Source: Thermoanaerobaculia bacterium (GTDB lineage Bacteria; Acidobacteriota; Thermoanaerobaculia; Multivoradales; Multivoraceae). From it: a stretch of DNA of 64,000 bases. The position numbers and the translations under genes were made by a program. The notes under the pieces were generated by a model. The model made no database searches. It worked only from the letters and a program-made list of their open reading frames with translations, and was not told the DNA's origin. Position 1 is the stretch's first letter; each line of letters starts with the position of its first letter. The DNA lies in NCBI GenBank assembly GCA_963664405.1, contig OY761158.1, positions 2,976,001-3,040,000 of the forward strand, given 5' to 3'. Of this stretch, positions 9,142 through 18,153 are shown piece by piece.

Positions 9142-10859
9142 CTAGTTCTCGTCCGGAATCGTGTAAGTTGTTTTGCGTCAGTGGCTTGCGAGGGAGGCAG
9201 GGCTGGTAATTCTCCGCGGAGCTTGATAGAGTCTAGGTGACGAAACCGTTGATTCTAAATAGCTTACGCCGAGAAGGAGCCAGCCCGAGATGCGACAAGC
9301 CGTCAGTATTCAGCCTGATCTCACCGAAAAGTGGCTCGATCTGGACCATGCCAAAGAACTCGAAGCGATCTCTCGCCTCCTCGACAGGGATCCTAGAATC
9401 TACGAGCTTGCGTGGCAAGACCTGCAGCTACAGGCTGGAGGCAAAGGCCAGAGCACCGGGGCGCGAGGCATGTCGGGCGAGCAGGTGGTCCGGGCCCTGA
9501 TCGTGAAGCAGATGGGCGGTTTCAGTTATTCGGAGCTCGCCTTCCACCTTGAGGATTCCCGTAGCTACCGGACCTTCTGCCGCCTCGGCCTCGTCGGGTG
9601 GACGCCGAAGAAGTCGACGCTGGCCCAGAACATCAAGGCACTGACGTGCGCCACCCTGGAGGCGATTCACAAGCGAATCGTGGCCCTGGCACTCGACACG
9701 GGAGTGGAGCGAGGCAACAGAGTCCGGGTGGACGCCACCGTGGTGGAGTCCAACATCCATCATCCGACCGACTCCGAGCTGCTCTGGGATTGCGTTCGGG
9801 TGCTTACCCGATTGCTCGCAAGGGCGCGAGGCCTGCTGGGCAGCGAGTACTTCTCGTTCCGCGACCGATCGCGGCAAGCCAAGAGGCGGCGCAAGAAGAT
9901 CAACGACTCGCGCACCAAGGATATGCGGCTCCAGCCCTACCGCGACCTGATCCAGATCACCGAGAAAGTCCAAGATTCAGCCAAGGCGGCCCGGAATGTG
10001 CTCGCCAAGCAGGGGCCTTCCCAGGAATCCGGCGCCCGTCGACTCCTCGAGGAGCTCGACTGTTTCCTCGAGCGCACCGCCACGGTCATCGACCCGACAC
10101 GCCGTAGAATTCTCGACGGCGAAACGGTCCCCGCGAGCGAGAAGATCGTCTCGATCTTCGAGGAGCACACCGCGATCATTCGCAAAGACGCCAGAGAAAC
10201 GCTCTACGGCCACAAGGTCTGCCTCACCGCCGGCTCCTCGTCCCTTGTCCTGGATCTCGTGATCCTCCAGGGAAACCCGCCCGACTCCAGCCTCGCCACG
10301 ACCATGGTCCAGCGCCACATCGCCAACCATAGCCAACCCCCGCGCCAGATCGCCTTCGACGGCGGGTTCGCCTCCAAAGCCAATCTCGAAGAGATCAAGC
10401 AGATGGGAGTGCACGATGTCGTCTTCAGCAAGGGCCGGGGCCTTCAGGTCAGTGACATGGCCCAGAGCTCCTGGGTCTACAAGCGGCTGCGCGACTTTCG
10501 CGCCGGTATCGAAGGCATCATCTCCTTTCTCAAACGCGCCTTTGGACTCAAGCGATGCACTTGGAGATCCTGGCCTTCCTTCCAGAGCTACGCTTGGGCG
10601 AGTGTGATCACCAGCAACCTCCTCGTCACCGCAAGGCACCTCATCAACTGAAATAGGGCATCGCACACCGTTCGATTCACCCCCAGCACTGCTGGAGAAA
10701 CGGAGCACCAACCCCGCAATACGCCGTCAAAGCAGCCGAGCCTTCCTGATCCAGCGAACCAGGTACAGAAAACCTGGAATCGCACGCAACAGGCCTCGAA
10801 AAAAAGCTCGATGAGACCCGGACACCACTCTATTTCGTCCGTTTCCGGACGCGATCTAG
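9142..10859 (+). mobile_element. Insertion sequence, ISNCY (ISDol1-like)/IS5-related
   Basis: Imperfect terminal IRs TTCTCGTCCGGAATCG (9146-9161) and CGTTTCCGGACGCGAT (10840-10855), 13/16 match. Flanked by CTAG runs; one transposase inside. Confidence 0.85.
9290..10651 (+). CDS. DDE transposase (ISNCY-type)
   Basis: HAKELEAISRLLD, RVDATVVESNIHHPTDSELLWD, EKIVSIFE, AFDGGF, FRAGIEGIISFLKR. Confidence 0.92.
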   Translation: MRQAVSIQPDLTEKWLDLDHAKELEAISRLLDRDPRIYELAWQDLQLQAGGKGQSTGARGMSGEQVVRALIVKQMGGFSYSELAFHLEDSRSYRTFCRLGLVGWTPKKSTLAQNIKALTCATLEAIHKRIVALALDTGVERGNRVRVDATVVESNIHHPTDSELLWDCVRVLTRLLARARGLLGSEYFSFRDRSRQAKRRRKKINDSRTKDMRLQPYRDLIQITEKVQDSAKAARNVLAKQGPSQESGARRLLEELDCFLERTATVIDPTRRRILDGETVPASEKIVSIFEEHTAIIRKDARETLYGHKVCLTAGSSSLVLDLVILQGNPPDSSLATTMVQRHIANHSQPPRQIAFDGGFASKANLEEIKQMGVHDVVFSKGRGLQVSDMAQSSWVYKRLRDFRAGIEGIISFLKRAFGLKRCTWRSWPSFQSYAWASVITSNLLVTARHLIN

Positions 10860-11066
10860 CTAGCTAGCGCGACGACTCGCGGGGTGGGGGCAACCGGAAA
10901 CTGGGGTGGGAACACCGGAGATCCGGCGCTTCGCAGGAAAGCTACCGAGGAGTAGCACCGGTCTCTCGACCAGAAATACGGCTTTGCTCGACGGAGTGGT
11001 TTGGTGAGTGGCGGAGAGATTCCGCAACGAAACTCCTCCTCGCACCTTGGAGTGGGTGTCCAGACC

Positions 11067-11381
11067 TCAAGCCAGCGCCCACATGGTGGAGGCGAGAAGC
11101 ACACCACTCATACCGACGAAACAGGCACCTACCGCGAAAAGGTTCCCCCAGATCGTGCCTTCTGCGGCTGTCTTTCCGAGAACCAGAAGGCCGAGGAAGC
11201 AGACGCCGAGCTGTACCGTGACGAAGAAGGTCGTGGCGCCGCCCGATACGGACCCGGGGCCGCTTGCGCCGTGGGAGAGCCCCACATTGGCACCAGTCAA
11301 GATCACCCCGATGACGAGGACAACTAGGGAGCCAAGGTCCCACTTCTTTGGCTTGACGAACTCGATCTGAGGCAGTTTCAA
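11067..11381 (-). CDS. Small hypothetical membrane protein (3 TM)
   Basis: Three hydrophobic segments; AAGGAG RBS upstream of a TTG start. Confidence 0.6.
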   Translation of the reverse strand: MKLPQIEFVKPKKWDLGSLVVLVIGVILTGANVGLSHGASGPGSVSGGATTFFVTVQLGVCFLGLLVLGKTAAEGTIWGNLFAVGACFVGMSGVLLASTMWALA

Positions 11382-11470
11382 ACCGCTACTCCTTGTTTAG
11401 TGCTGGCTCGAGGAAGGTCTTTCCACCGTCGAAATACGCGCTCAATTCTAACACGGGCGCCGGGTCGAGC

Positions 11471-13036
11471 CTATGACTCTCGGGGTTGATGCTCGGGCCG
11501 CAGAAGATCGAAAACGGTTTTGACCGGAGTGAAGGCCGCGGCGGGGACTTCGACGAAAACTGTATTCCAGTCTGCCATCGACCCGTTCCAGAGTCCTGGA
11601 TGCTCGAGGGCTCTCAGGCTCCGGCCCTCCCAGTTCTTCTCGGTTACGAAGACACGGTCTCGATCGACGAAGCTCTCGAGGCGGAATGGCTCGTCGCGCC
11701 AGTCGCGTAGGCCGAGAGCCATCAGTACCGGGTTGAAGTGGGTGGATTCTCCGACGATGCTCCGCTGCTTCTTGGTCGCCCCGATCTCGGCGCTCTCGAC
11801 AATCTGCCGAGTGACGCGATGCGCCCGGTCGCGCACCCAGAACGGCCCGCCGCCGGAGTCGGTATCGAGAACGACCACGCCGCATACCCTGAGTGGCCGG
11901 TCGAGTCGTTCGACGAGTGCTTCAGCCGTGAGATGACGATCCCCCGGGGGCTCCGGTACGGAGCGCTCCAGGAAACCCGAAACGAGGCTTCGCGCCTCCC
12001 CTAGCGCCGCCTCTTCACCCTTCGTCAGCTGCCCTAGGAGCGAGTGGATCTGCTCCTGCAGCTGAACCAGAAGGCCGACCAGGGCTCGCTGCCAGAGGAT
12101 GGCAGGGCTTCGCAGCTCCGCCGGTTGCACATTGTCGATGTTCTTGACCAGCGCGATGTCAGCGCCGGCTCTCTCGAGGTTGTCGAGCAAAGAGCCATGG
12201 CCGCCAGGGCGGAAGAGAAGAGAGCCGTCGGCGGTCCTGAAGGGCGCCCCGTTGTCCGCCAGAGCGAGTGTGTCTGTCGCCGGTGACTGGTTCGAGAAGG
12301 CGATTTCGAAATCAGCTCCTTGCGCCTGCGTTTTTGCTGCCGCGCGTCGGAAGGCGTCCTCGCTGCCGCTTGGAACCGAAAAGTGCAAACGGCATGACCC
12401 CACGGAGTCCTTGACCAGCTCGAGAGCCTCCGCGAAGTGCTCATCGGCGGCAGACGCGGCGTGCCCGCGCTCGCGGTGAAAGGGTACGAGGCCCTTCGGC
12501 TTGCGTCCGTACCCGAGGCCTTGGCTGTTCATAAGCAGTCTCAGGATGGCTGAGAGGTGACCGGCTGAGCGAAGGTCCGCCAGCGACTCACCGCTCCGCT
12601 CGGCGGCCGCGGCGAGATCATCGTAGAAGGCGAAATCGGGGAGCCGCTGGGCGAAGAGAAGGCCGTCCTTCGCATCTTGGTCACCTTCTTTCGCCGCCTC
12701 GGCGAGGCGACCTGGATCGTCGGCGAGGGGGTTGTTGAGGATCCGGACCAGGCTGGCGAACATGCGGCTCGCAGCTCCCGAGGCAGGCACTATCTTGGTC
12801 AGTCGTCCCGCAGCTGCCGCGCGCTGCCAGTGGCCTAGAAGCTCGGGGAGCTTGTCCTCCTCGAGGATCTGCACCCCGTCGCCGGGGGTGCAGGCCGCTA
12901 CGAGCTCGATCGGAGGTGGTGGCGTTCGTAGCAGCGAGATCTGACGCTCAACCGCTTCCGTGGACAGCCCCCGATTCCTGAGCTGGGCCAGGTCGTCAGC
13001 GTCGAAGGGCCCCTCGCTGCGGGATTCAGGAGCCAT
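11471..13036 (-). CDS. DUF4301 family protein
   Basis: [83 protein letters not shown]. Confidence 0.9.
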   Translation of the reverse strand: MAPESRSEGPFDADDLAQLRNRGLSTEAVERQISLLRTPPPPIELVAACTPGDGVQILEEDKLPELLGHWQRAAAAGRLTKIVPASGAASRMFASLVRILNNPLADDPGRLAEAAKEGDQDAKDGLLFAQRLPDFAFYDDLAAAAERSGESLADLRSAGHLSAILRLLMNSQGLGYGRKPKGLVPFHRERGHAASAADEHFAEALELVKDSVGSCRLHFSVPSGSEDAFRRAAAKTQAQGADFEIAFSNQSPATDTLALADNGAPFRTADGSLLFRPGGHGSLLDNLERAGADIALVKNIDNVQPAELRSPAILWQRALVGLLVQLQEQIHSLLGQLTKGEEAALGEARSLVSGFLERSVPEPPGDRHLTAEALVERLDRPLRVCGVVVLDTDSGGGPFWVRDRAHRVTRQIVESAEIGATKKQRSIVGESTHFNPVLMALGLRDWRDEPFRLESFVDRDRVFVTEKNWEGRSLRALEHPGLWNGSMADWNTVFVEVPAAAFTPVKTVFDLLRPEHQPRES

Positions 13037-13580
13037 CTAGGAGGGTGGCGCCGATAGCCCCCCGCAGGGATGGCGCTCGCTTGTCCTTGTCCGAAAGGAT
13101 TGGATCTTCGATGGGCCAGACAATGCCGATCTCGGGGTCGTCCCAGGCGATCGCGATCTCGTCTTCGGCATCGTAGAGGTCGGTGCATTTGTACTCGACT
13201 TGCGCCCGCTCGGTCAGCACGCAAAAGCCATGGGCAAAACCTGCGGGTATCCACAGTTGGCGGAAGTCGTCGGCTGCAAGCCTCTCACCGACCCACTGAC
13301 CGAAGGTGGCCGAGTGAGGCCTGATGTCTACGGCGACATCGAAAATCTCACCTTCGACCGCGCGGACCAGTTTTCCTTGCGGTTTGCGCAGCTGCGCATG
13401 TAGGCCGCGCAGGGTGCCCGCCGTAGACCTCGAATGGTTGTCCTGGACGAAGATGTCGGGAATGCCTGCCTCAGCGTAGCGCTCCTGATGGTAGGTCTCG
13501 AGGAAGAAGCCGCGAGAGTCCTCGAAAACCTGGGGCTCGATCACGAACACCCCGTCGATGGCAGTGGATCGGACCTTCAC
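13026..13580 (-). CDS. rfbC: dTDP-4-dehydrorhamnose 3,5-epimerase
   Basis: [37 protein letters not shown]. Confidence 0.96.
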   Translation of the reverse strand: MKVRSTAIDGVFVIEPQVFEDSRGFFLETYHQERYAEAGIPDIFVQDNHSRSTAGTLRGLHAQLRKPQGKLVRAVEGEIFDVAVDIRPHSATFGQWVGERLAADDFRQLWIPAGFAHGFCVLTERAQVEYKCTDLYDAEDEIAIAWDDPEIGIVWPIEDPILSDKDKRAPSLRGAIGATLLDGS

Positions 13581-14450
13581 TTACTGATCCTCTAGGCTGC
13601 GTCGCAGGTAATTGCCGTATTCGCTGCTGCCAAGAGAACGCACCAGCCTCATGACTGCAGCGGCGTCGATGTATCCCATTTCATAGGCGATCTCCTCGAG
13701 GCAGGCCACCTTGAGGCCCTGCCGCTCCTCAATCGCTTGGATGAAATTGGCGGCCTGAAGCAGGGCCTCGTGGGTACCCGTATCAAGCCATGCGATACCT
13801 CGGCCCAGCCGAATGACGTGAAGCTCGTCTCGCTCGAGGTAGGCGCGGTTGACATCGGTGATCTCGAGCTCGCCGCGAGCGGAGGGCTCGAGGGAAGCGG
13901 CGATCTCAACCACTCTGTTGTCGTAGAAGTAGAGCCCGGGAACGGCGAAGGGAGATCTTGGCTTCTTGGGCTTTTCTTCCAGGTGTGTGGCCTGGCCATG
14001 GTCGTCGAAGCTGACCACGCCGTAGCGCTCCGGATCGCGCACCCGATAGCCGAATATGGTGGCTCCCTGGACCCGACGCTGGGCACGCCGCAGCACGGTC
14101 GTGAAGCCGTGACCGTGGAAGAGGTTGTCACCCAAAGCCAGCGCGACGCGTTTCTTGCCGATGAACTCCCGACCGATGAGGAAGGCCTGAGCGATGCCCG
14201 AAGGTCGGGGCTGGACTTCGTAGCTGAGGCGGAGACCGATTTGAGATCCGTCGCCCAGGAGTCGCTTGAAGTTGAGCTGGTCGTCGGGAGTAGTGATGAC
14301 CAAGATGTCCCGGATTCCGGCCCTCATCAGGGTCGAGAGGGGGTAATAGATCATCGGCTTGTCATATACCGGCACCAGCTGCTTCGACACAGCTCGGCTG
14401 ACCGGATAAAGACGAGTTCCGGAGCCGCCGGCAAGAAGGATCCCCTTCAT
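13581..14450 (-). CDS. rfbA: Glucose-1-phosphate thymidylyltransferase
   Basis: [46 protein letters not shown]. Confidence 0.97.
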   Translation of the reverse strand: MKGILLAGGSGTRLYPVSRAVSKQLVPVYDKPMIYYPLSTLMRAGIRDILVITTPDDQLNFKRLLGDGSQIGLRLSYEVQPRPSGIAQAFLIGREFIGKKRVALALGDNLFHGHGFTTVLRRAQRRVQGATIFGYRVRDPERYGVVSFDDHGQATHLEEKPKKPRSPFAVPGLYFYDNRVVEIAASLEPSARGELEITDVNRAYLERDELHVIRLGRGIAWLDTGTHEALLQAANFIQAIEERQGLKVACLEEIAYEMGYIDAAAVMRLVRSLGSSEYGNYLRRSLEDQ

Positions 14451-14475
14451 CTGAGCCTGCCTTTGCTCGTGCTCG

Positions 14476-15558
14476 TCACCGACTCAATAACCCCAGTCGT
14501 GGTCGATCGTAGCCGCCTTGTACGCCTTCACACCAGCTTCGATTCTCGAGATACCAGAGCACTGTCCTAGTCATTCCCTCCGCGAGGCCGGACTGCGGCT
14601 CCCAGCCGAGGTCGCGCCGAATCTTGGATGCATCGATCGCATAGCGCAGATCGTGGCCGGGGCGGTCTTCGACGAAAGTGATGAGCTGGGTATAGGAATC
14701 GAGGCCTCTGGCTGACATCGCCGGGTTCTCAGACGGCGGTAGCTGCTCTTGAAGAGCGGTGCACAGGGTCGAGACGATCTCCAGGTTGGTGCGCTCGCCT
14801 CCTCCTCCGATGTTGTAGCTCTCTCCGGGGCGTCCTCTGACGAGAACCTCGAGGAGCCCGCTACAGTGGTCGCCGACGAAGATCCAGTCGCGAACGTTCG
14901 AGCCGTCGCCGTAGATCGGTAGATCCTTCGCTTCCACTGCATTGAGGATCATCAGAGGAATCAGCTTCTCCGGGAACTGGAAGGGGCCGTAGTTGTTCGA
15001 GCAATTCGTGATCAGGGTCGGCATGCCATAGGTGCGGTGATAGGCGCGCACCAGGTGATCGGCCGCTGCCTTTGATGCCGAGTATGGGGAGCTCGGGTCG
15101 TAGCGCGTGTCTTCACTGAACAAGCCCGTCTCGCCCAGCGATCCGAAGACCTCATCGGTAGATACATGGAGAAAGCGGAATGCCGCGCGCCGGTCGGCAG
15201 TGGCCGCTGCGAGATGCCGGCGCGCGGCTTCGAGCAACTCGAAAGTTCCACCGACGTTGGTTTCCACAAAGACCCGCGGATCCTCTATCGAGCGGTCGAC
15301 GTGAGTCTCGGCGGCGAGGTTCAGGACGGCTCGAGGTTGGTGTCGGTCGAACAGCCTCTCGACCAGCTCGCGATCATCGATGCTCCCCTCGACGAAGTCG
15401 ACACGACTGTCGACGACGACATCCGCCAGGCTCTCGCGGCAGCCTGCGTAGGTGAGGCGGTCGAGGATGACGACCCGGTCGTCCACCTTTTCCAGGGCGA
15501 GGCGCACCAGATTCGCTCCGATGAAGCCTGCGCCGCCGGTGATGAGGAGGGTATCCAT
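14476..15558 (-). CDS. rfbB: dTDP-glucose 4,6-dehydratase
   Basis: [52 protein letters not shown]. Confidence 0.97.
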   Translation of the reverse strand: MDTLLITGGAGFIGANLVRLALEKVDDRVVILDRLTYAGCRESLADVVVDSRVDFVEGSIDDRELVERLFDRHQPRAVLNLAAETHVDRSIEDPRVFVETNVGGTFELLEAARRHLAAATADRRAAFRFLHVSTDEVFGSLGETGLFSEDTRYDPSSPYSASKAAADHLVRAYHRTYGMPTLITNCSNNYGPFQFPEKLIPLMILNAVEAKDLPIYGDGSNVRDWIFVGDHCSGLLEVLVRGRPGESYNIGGGGERTNLEIVSTLCTALQEQLPPSENPAMSARGLDSYTQLITFVEDRPGHDLRYAIDASKIRRDLGWEPQSGLAEGMTRTVLWYLENRSWCEGVQGGYDRPRLGLLSR

Positions 15559-15686
15559 CTCTCTTGGTCGTGCTTGTGACTGCGGTCGCCGGTGGCTCTT
15601 GTGCGGCGGCGGTACTATATCTCCGCGAGGAGCCTGGCCGGCAGGCGACTGACCCGCGTCCGGACGCTAGACTCCGAGATCATTCA

Positions 15687-16493
15687 ATGAGCGCCTGGTA
15701 CTTGATTCTATTAGCTCTTCTGCAAGGGCTGACAGAGTTCTTGCCGGTCAGCTCTTCCGCGCACCTGATTCTGCTGCCGCGGCTGCTTTCGCTGCCGGAT
15801 CAGGGTCTCGTCTTCGACGTAGCGGCGAACACCGGCACTTTCATCGCCGTGGTGAGCTACTTTCGCCACGAGTTGGGTCGTGTGGGGATAGCGGTGCTGC
15901 GTTTGCCCGGGAGCGAGGATCGAGATCGCAGGTTGGCGGGTCACCTGCTGGTGGCAAGCATTCCTGTACTCTGCTTCGGCTGGCTCTTTCGCAACCAGGT
16001 CGCCAACCTCGCCCGTGAGCCCGTCGTGATCGGCACTGCGTCGATCTTCTTCGGCATCCTTCTCTTCATCGCGGAGAGATGGGGGCGGCGGGAGCGCTCG
16101 CTCGAGCAGCTGGATCTCCGAGGTGCCTTCGTCATCGGACTCGCCCAGGCCTTGGCCTTGGTGCCAGGCACCTCACGATCGGGGATCACGATCACTGCCG
16201 CCCTCGGCGTGCGCCTGCGCAGAGAAGATGCCGCTCGTTTCTCTTTTCTCTTGCTTGCGCCGGTGAGTGCCGCGGCTGCCATCTACGAGCTGGTCAGTCT
16301 CGCCGGGGTCGTGCCAGACGCTGCACTACTTTCACAGCTGGCGCTCGTCGTTGGTGTCTCGGCGGTCACCGGATTTGTCGTCATTCACTTGTTTCTGGCG
16401 TTGCTACGCCGCCACAACATGACTTTTTTTGTTGTGTACAGAATTCTTCTCGGCCTGGTGCTGCTGTGGCCTGCTTTCGGAAGGCTGCCTTGA
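15687..16493 (+). CDS. uppP: Undecaprenyl-diphosphatase (BacA)
   Basis: QGLTEFLPVSSSAH, QALALVPGTSRSGITI, AARFSFLL. Confidence 0.95.
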   Translation: MSAWYLILLALLQGLTEFLPVSSSAHLILLPRLLSLPDQGLVFDVAANTGTFIAVVSYFRHELGRVGIAVLRLPGSEDRDRRLAGHLLVASIPVLCFGWLFRNQVANLAREPVVIGTASIFFGILLFIAERWGRRERSLEQLDLRGAFVIGLAQALALVPGTSRSGITITAALGVRLRREDAARFSFLLLAPVSAAAAIYELVSLAGVVPDAALLSQLALVVGVSAVTGFVVIHLFLALLRRHNMTFFVVYRILLGLVLLWPAFGRLP

Positions 16494-16525
16494 ACAAGAA
16501 AGTTCGAGAAGAGAGAGAAGAGTTA

Positions 16526-16554
16526 TTGACATTCAAGCATCGTTGTCCTACCGT
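16526..16554 (+). promoter_or_regulatory. Sigma70-type promoter
   Basis: Perfect TTGACA (16526-16531), 17-bp spacer, TACCGT (16549-16554). Confidence 0.65.
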
Positions 16555-16559
16555 TCACC

Positions 16560-16627
16560 CCGACGGGGAGGCACAACCTCCTCTCATCCCTCCCAAGCGG
16601 GGCGTCGTAAAGACGCCCCCTTTTTTT
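16560..16627 (+). ncRNA. Candidate ~65-70 nt small RNA with C/U-rich anti-SD-like motifs
   Basis: Lies between the promoter and an intrinsic terminator; no ORF; contains CCTCCT and CCCTCCC. Confidence 0.5.
16599..16627 (+). terminator. Intrinsic terminator
   Basis: GGGGCGTC-gtaaa-GACGCCCC stem followed by C and T7. Confidence 0.85.
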
Positions 16628-16758
16628 GTCTGGACAACGGACGGCGCGAGGGACACTCGACCCTCGTTTCCGAAGCTCACGGCGCATCCGTCGGCGCCTT
16701 CTGCCCGTTATGTCGTTGGCTAGGCGCCCCCGCGCTCGTCGCCACATTCACGGATGGT

Positions 16759-16924
16759 CTAGACCAGCGTTTCCAAAGTTCGCGCACATATCTCGGCCCC
16801 TTCTGTCCGCTGGCGGCGTTTCGCCTCCTCGACATATTCCCCAATATGCCTGCGTCGGCGCGCCTGGCCAGCGAACAGAATGACCTCGAGCTATTGCACA
16901 CGAACTTTGGAAACGCTGGTCTAG
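16759..16924. mobile_element. MITE-like non-autonomous element, 166 bp
   Basis: Perfect 24-bp terminal IR CTAGACCAGCGTTTCCAAAGTTCG … CGAACTTTGGAAACGCTGGTCTAG. The left end recurs at 47825. Confidence 0.8.
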
Positions 16925-16941
16925 GCAGGTAGTGGATTGAG

Positions 16942-17547
16942 ATGACAGCCATCACTCCCGAAGGCCCAACAGATGCTGAGCTGGTGGCGCTCGCTCTCGG
17001 GGGGTCTGAGGATGGTTTTCGTAGTCTGGTGGCTCGCTACCAACGGCCGGTATTCGGCCTGATCGTCCGGATGGTTCGCAACCGCGAGCTCGCCGAAGAC
17101 CTGAGCCAAGAGGTTTTCCTCAAGGCCTTTGGCGCCCTACGGGGTTACGATCCGGGTCGGCGCTTCTCCAGCTGGCTGTTCAAGATTGCTCACAATGCAA
17201 CGATCGATCATCTTCGCCGGGGCTCGCTCCAGACCGTATCTCTGAGCGGCTCCGGAGAAGAGAGCGGCGGGCTCGGAGATTTCCTCGAAGACCCGCAGGT
17301 GCGACCCCCCGACCAGGGGATCGAGCGCGCAGATCTAGCCAAGACGCTGGAAGATGCAGTTGCGAGACTTGGCCCCGCCTATCGCGAGGTGATTCTGCTG
17401 CGCCACCGCGAAGAGCTTTCCTACCAGGAGATCGCCGAGATCACTGGCTCGAGCCTGGGCGCGGTCAAGACCAACCTGCATCGGGCACGCAAACAGTTGG
17501 CGGAGATCCTGGAAGCGCTTTCCTCGCCGCCGGCAGCAACGAGGTGA
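16942..17547 (+). CDS. ECF RNA polymerase sigma factor (SigW-like)
   Basis: AEDLSQEVFLKAF, FSSWLFKIAHNATIDHLR (region 2); LSYQEIAEITGSSLGAVKTNLHRARKQL (region 4). Confidence 0.95.
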   Translation: MTAITPEGPTDAELVALALGGSEDGFRSLVARYQRPVFGLIVRMVRNRELAEDLSQEVFLKAFGALRGYDPGRRFSSWLFKIAHNATIDHLRRGSLQTVSLSGSGEESGGLGDFLEDPQVRPPDQGIERADLAKTLEDAVARLGPAYREVILLRHREELSYQEIAEITGSSLGAVKTNLHRARKQLAEILEALSSPPAATR

Positions 17548-17574
17548 TAGCTCTCATTTTCAGGAGCCCAGGCG

Positions 17575-17601
17575 TGAAACAACGGGGAGTGCACTATCGT
17601 A
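17575..17601 (+). promoter_or_regulatory. SigW-like ECF promoter upstream of the anti-sigma gene
   Basis: TGAAAC (17575-17580), 17 nt, CGTA (17598-17601). Confidence 0.6.
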
Positions 17602-17625
17602 GGGCAGTACGGAGCGAGAGTTAAC

Positions 17626-18153
17626 GTGAGCAACGATCCACAAGAGGTACTGATGCGCTGGCTCCGGCTCGAAGCCAGCGGCGCGACAGCCAAGGCCGAG
17701 GAGGCGCTTACCGCACTTTTCCGCGATCTTCCGGATCGAGCTCCGTCGCTGGCTTTCGAGGAGACGGTCATGAGCCGGCTGCAGTCGCACTCGCGGGCAG
17801 CGGCTCGGAGACTGGGTCGCGGGTGGCAGGCCGTTTTGATCGGGCTGCTAGTGGTCCTCGGCCTGTCGATGGCGGCGCTTCCGGCGGCACTCCTGGCTCT
17901 GCCGGTGCCGGTTGGGAGCTTCATCTCCGCGCTGGCGAGCGTCGTCGCCGGAGCTGTCGAGTGGACGGCGCGAGGCGTCTCGGTTTGGCGCTTCCTCGCC
18001 GGGATAGCGGAGAAGGTCGCGCTCGTACTCGACACCCCCGAGGCCACCTTGGTCGTGCTTGGGGCTACCGCACTCGGAGCCCTCGCCTTTCGCTTGCTCT
18101 ATGGGCTCACAATCGAGGATAGGAGATCCGCACATCATGTGGAAACGGCGTAG
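17626..18153 (+). CDS. Putative membrane anti-sigma factor
   Basis: Directly downstream of the ECF sigma. Short soluble N-domain with APSLAFEETVMSRL, then TM helices. Confidence 0.65.
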   Translation: MSNDPQEVLMRWLRLEASGATAKAEEALTALFRDLPDRAPSLAFEETVMSRLQSHSRAAARRLGRGWQAVLIGLLVVLGLSMAALPAALLALPVPVGSFISALASVVAGAVEWTARGVSVWRFLAGIAEKVALVLDTPEATLVVLGATALGALAFRLLYGLTIEDRRSAHHVETA

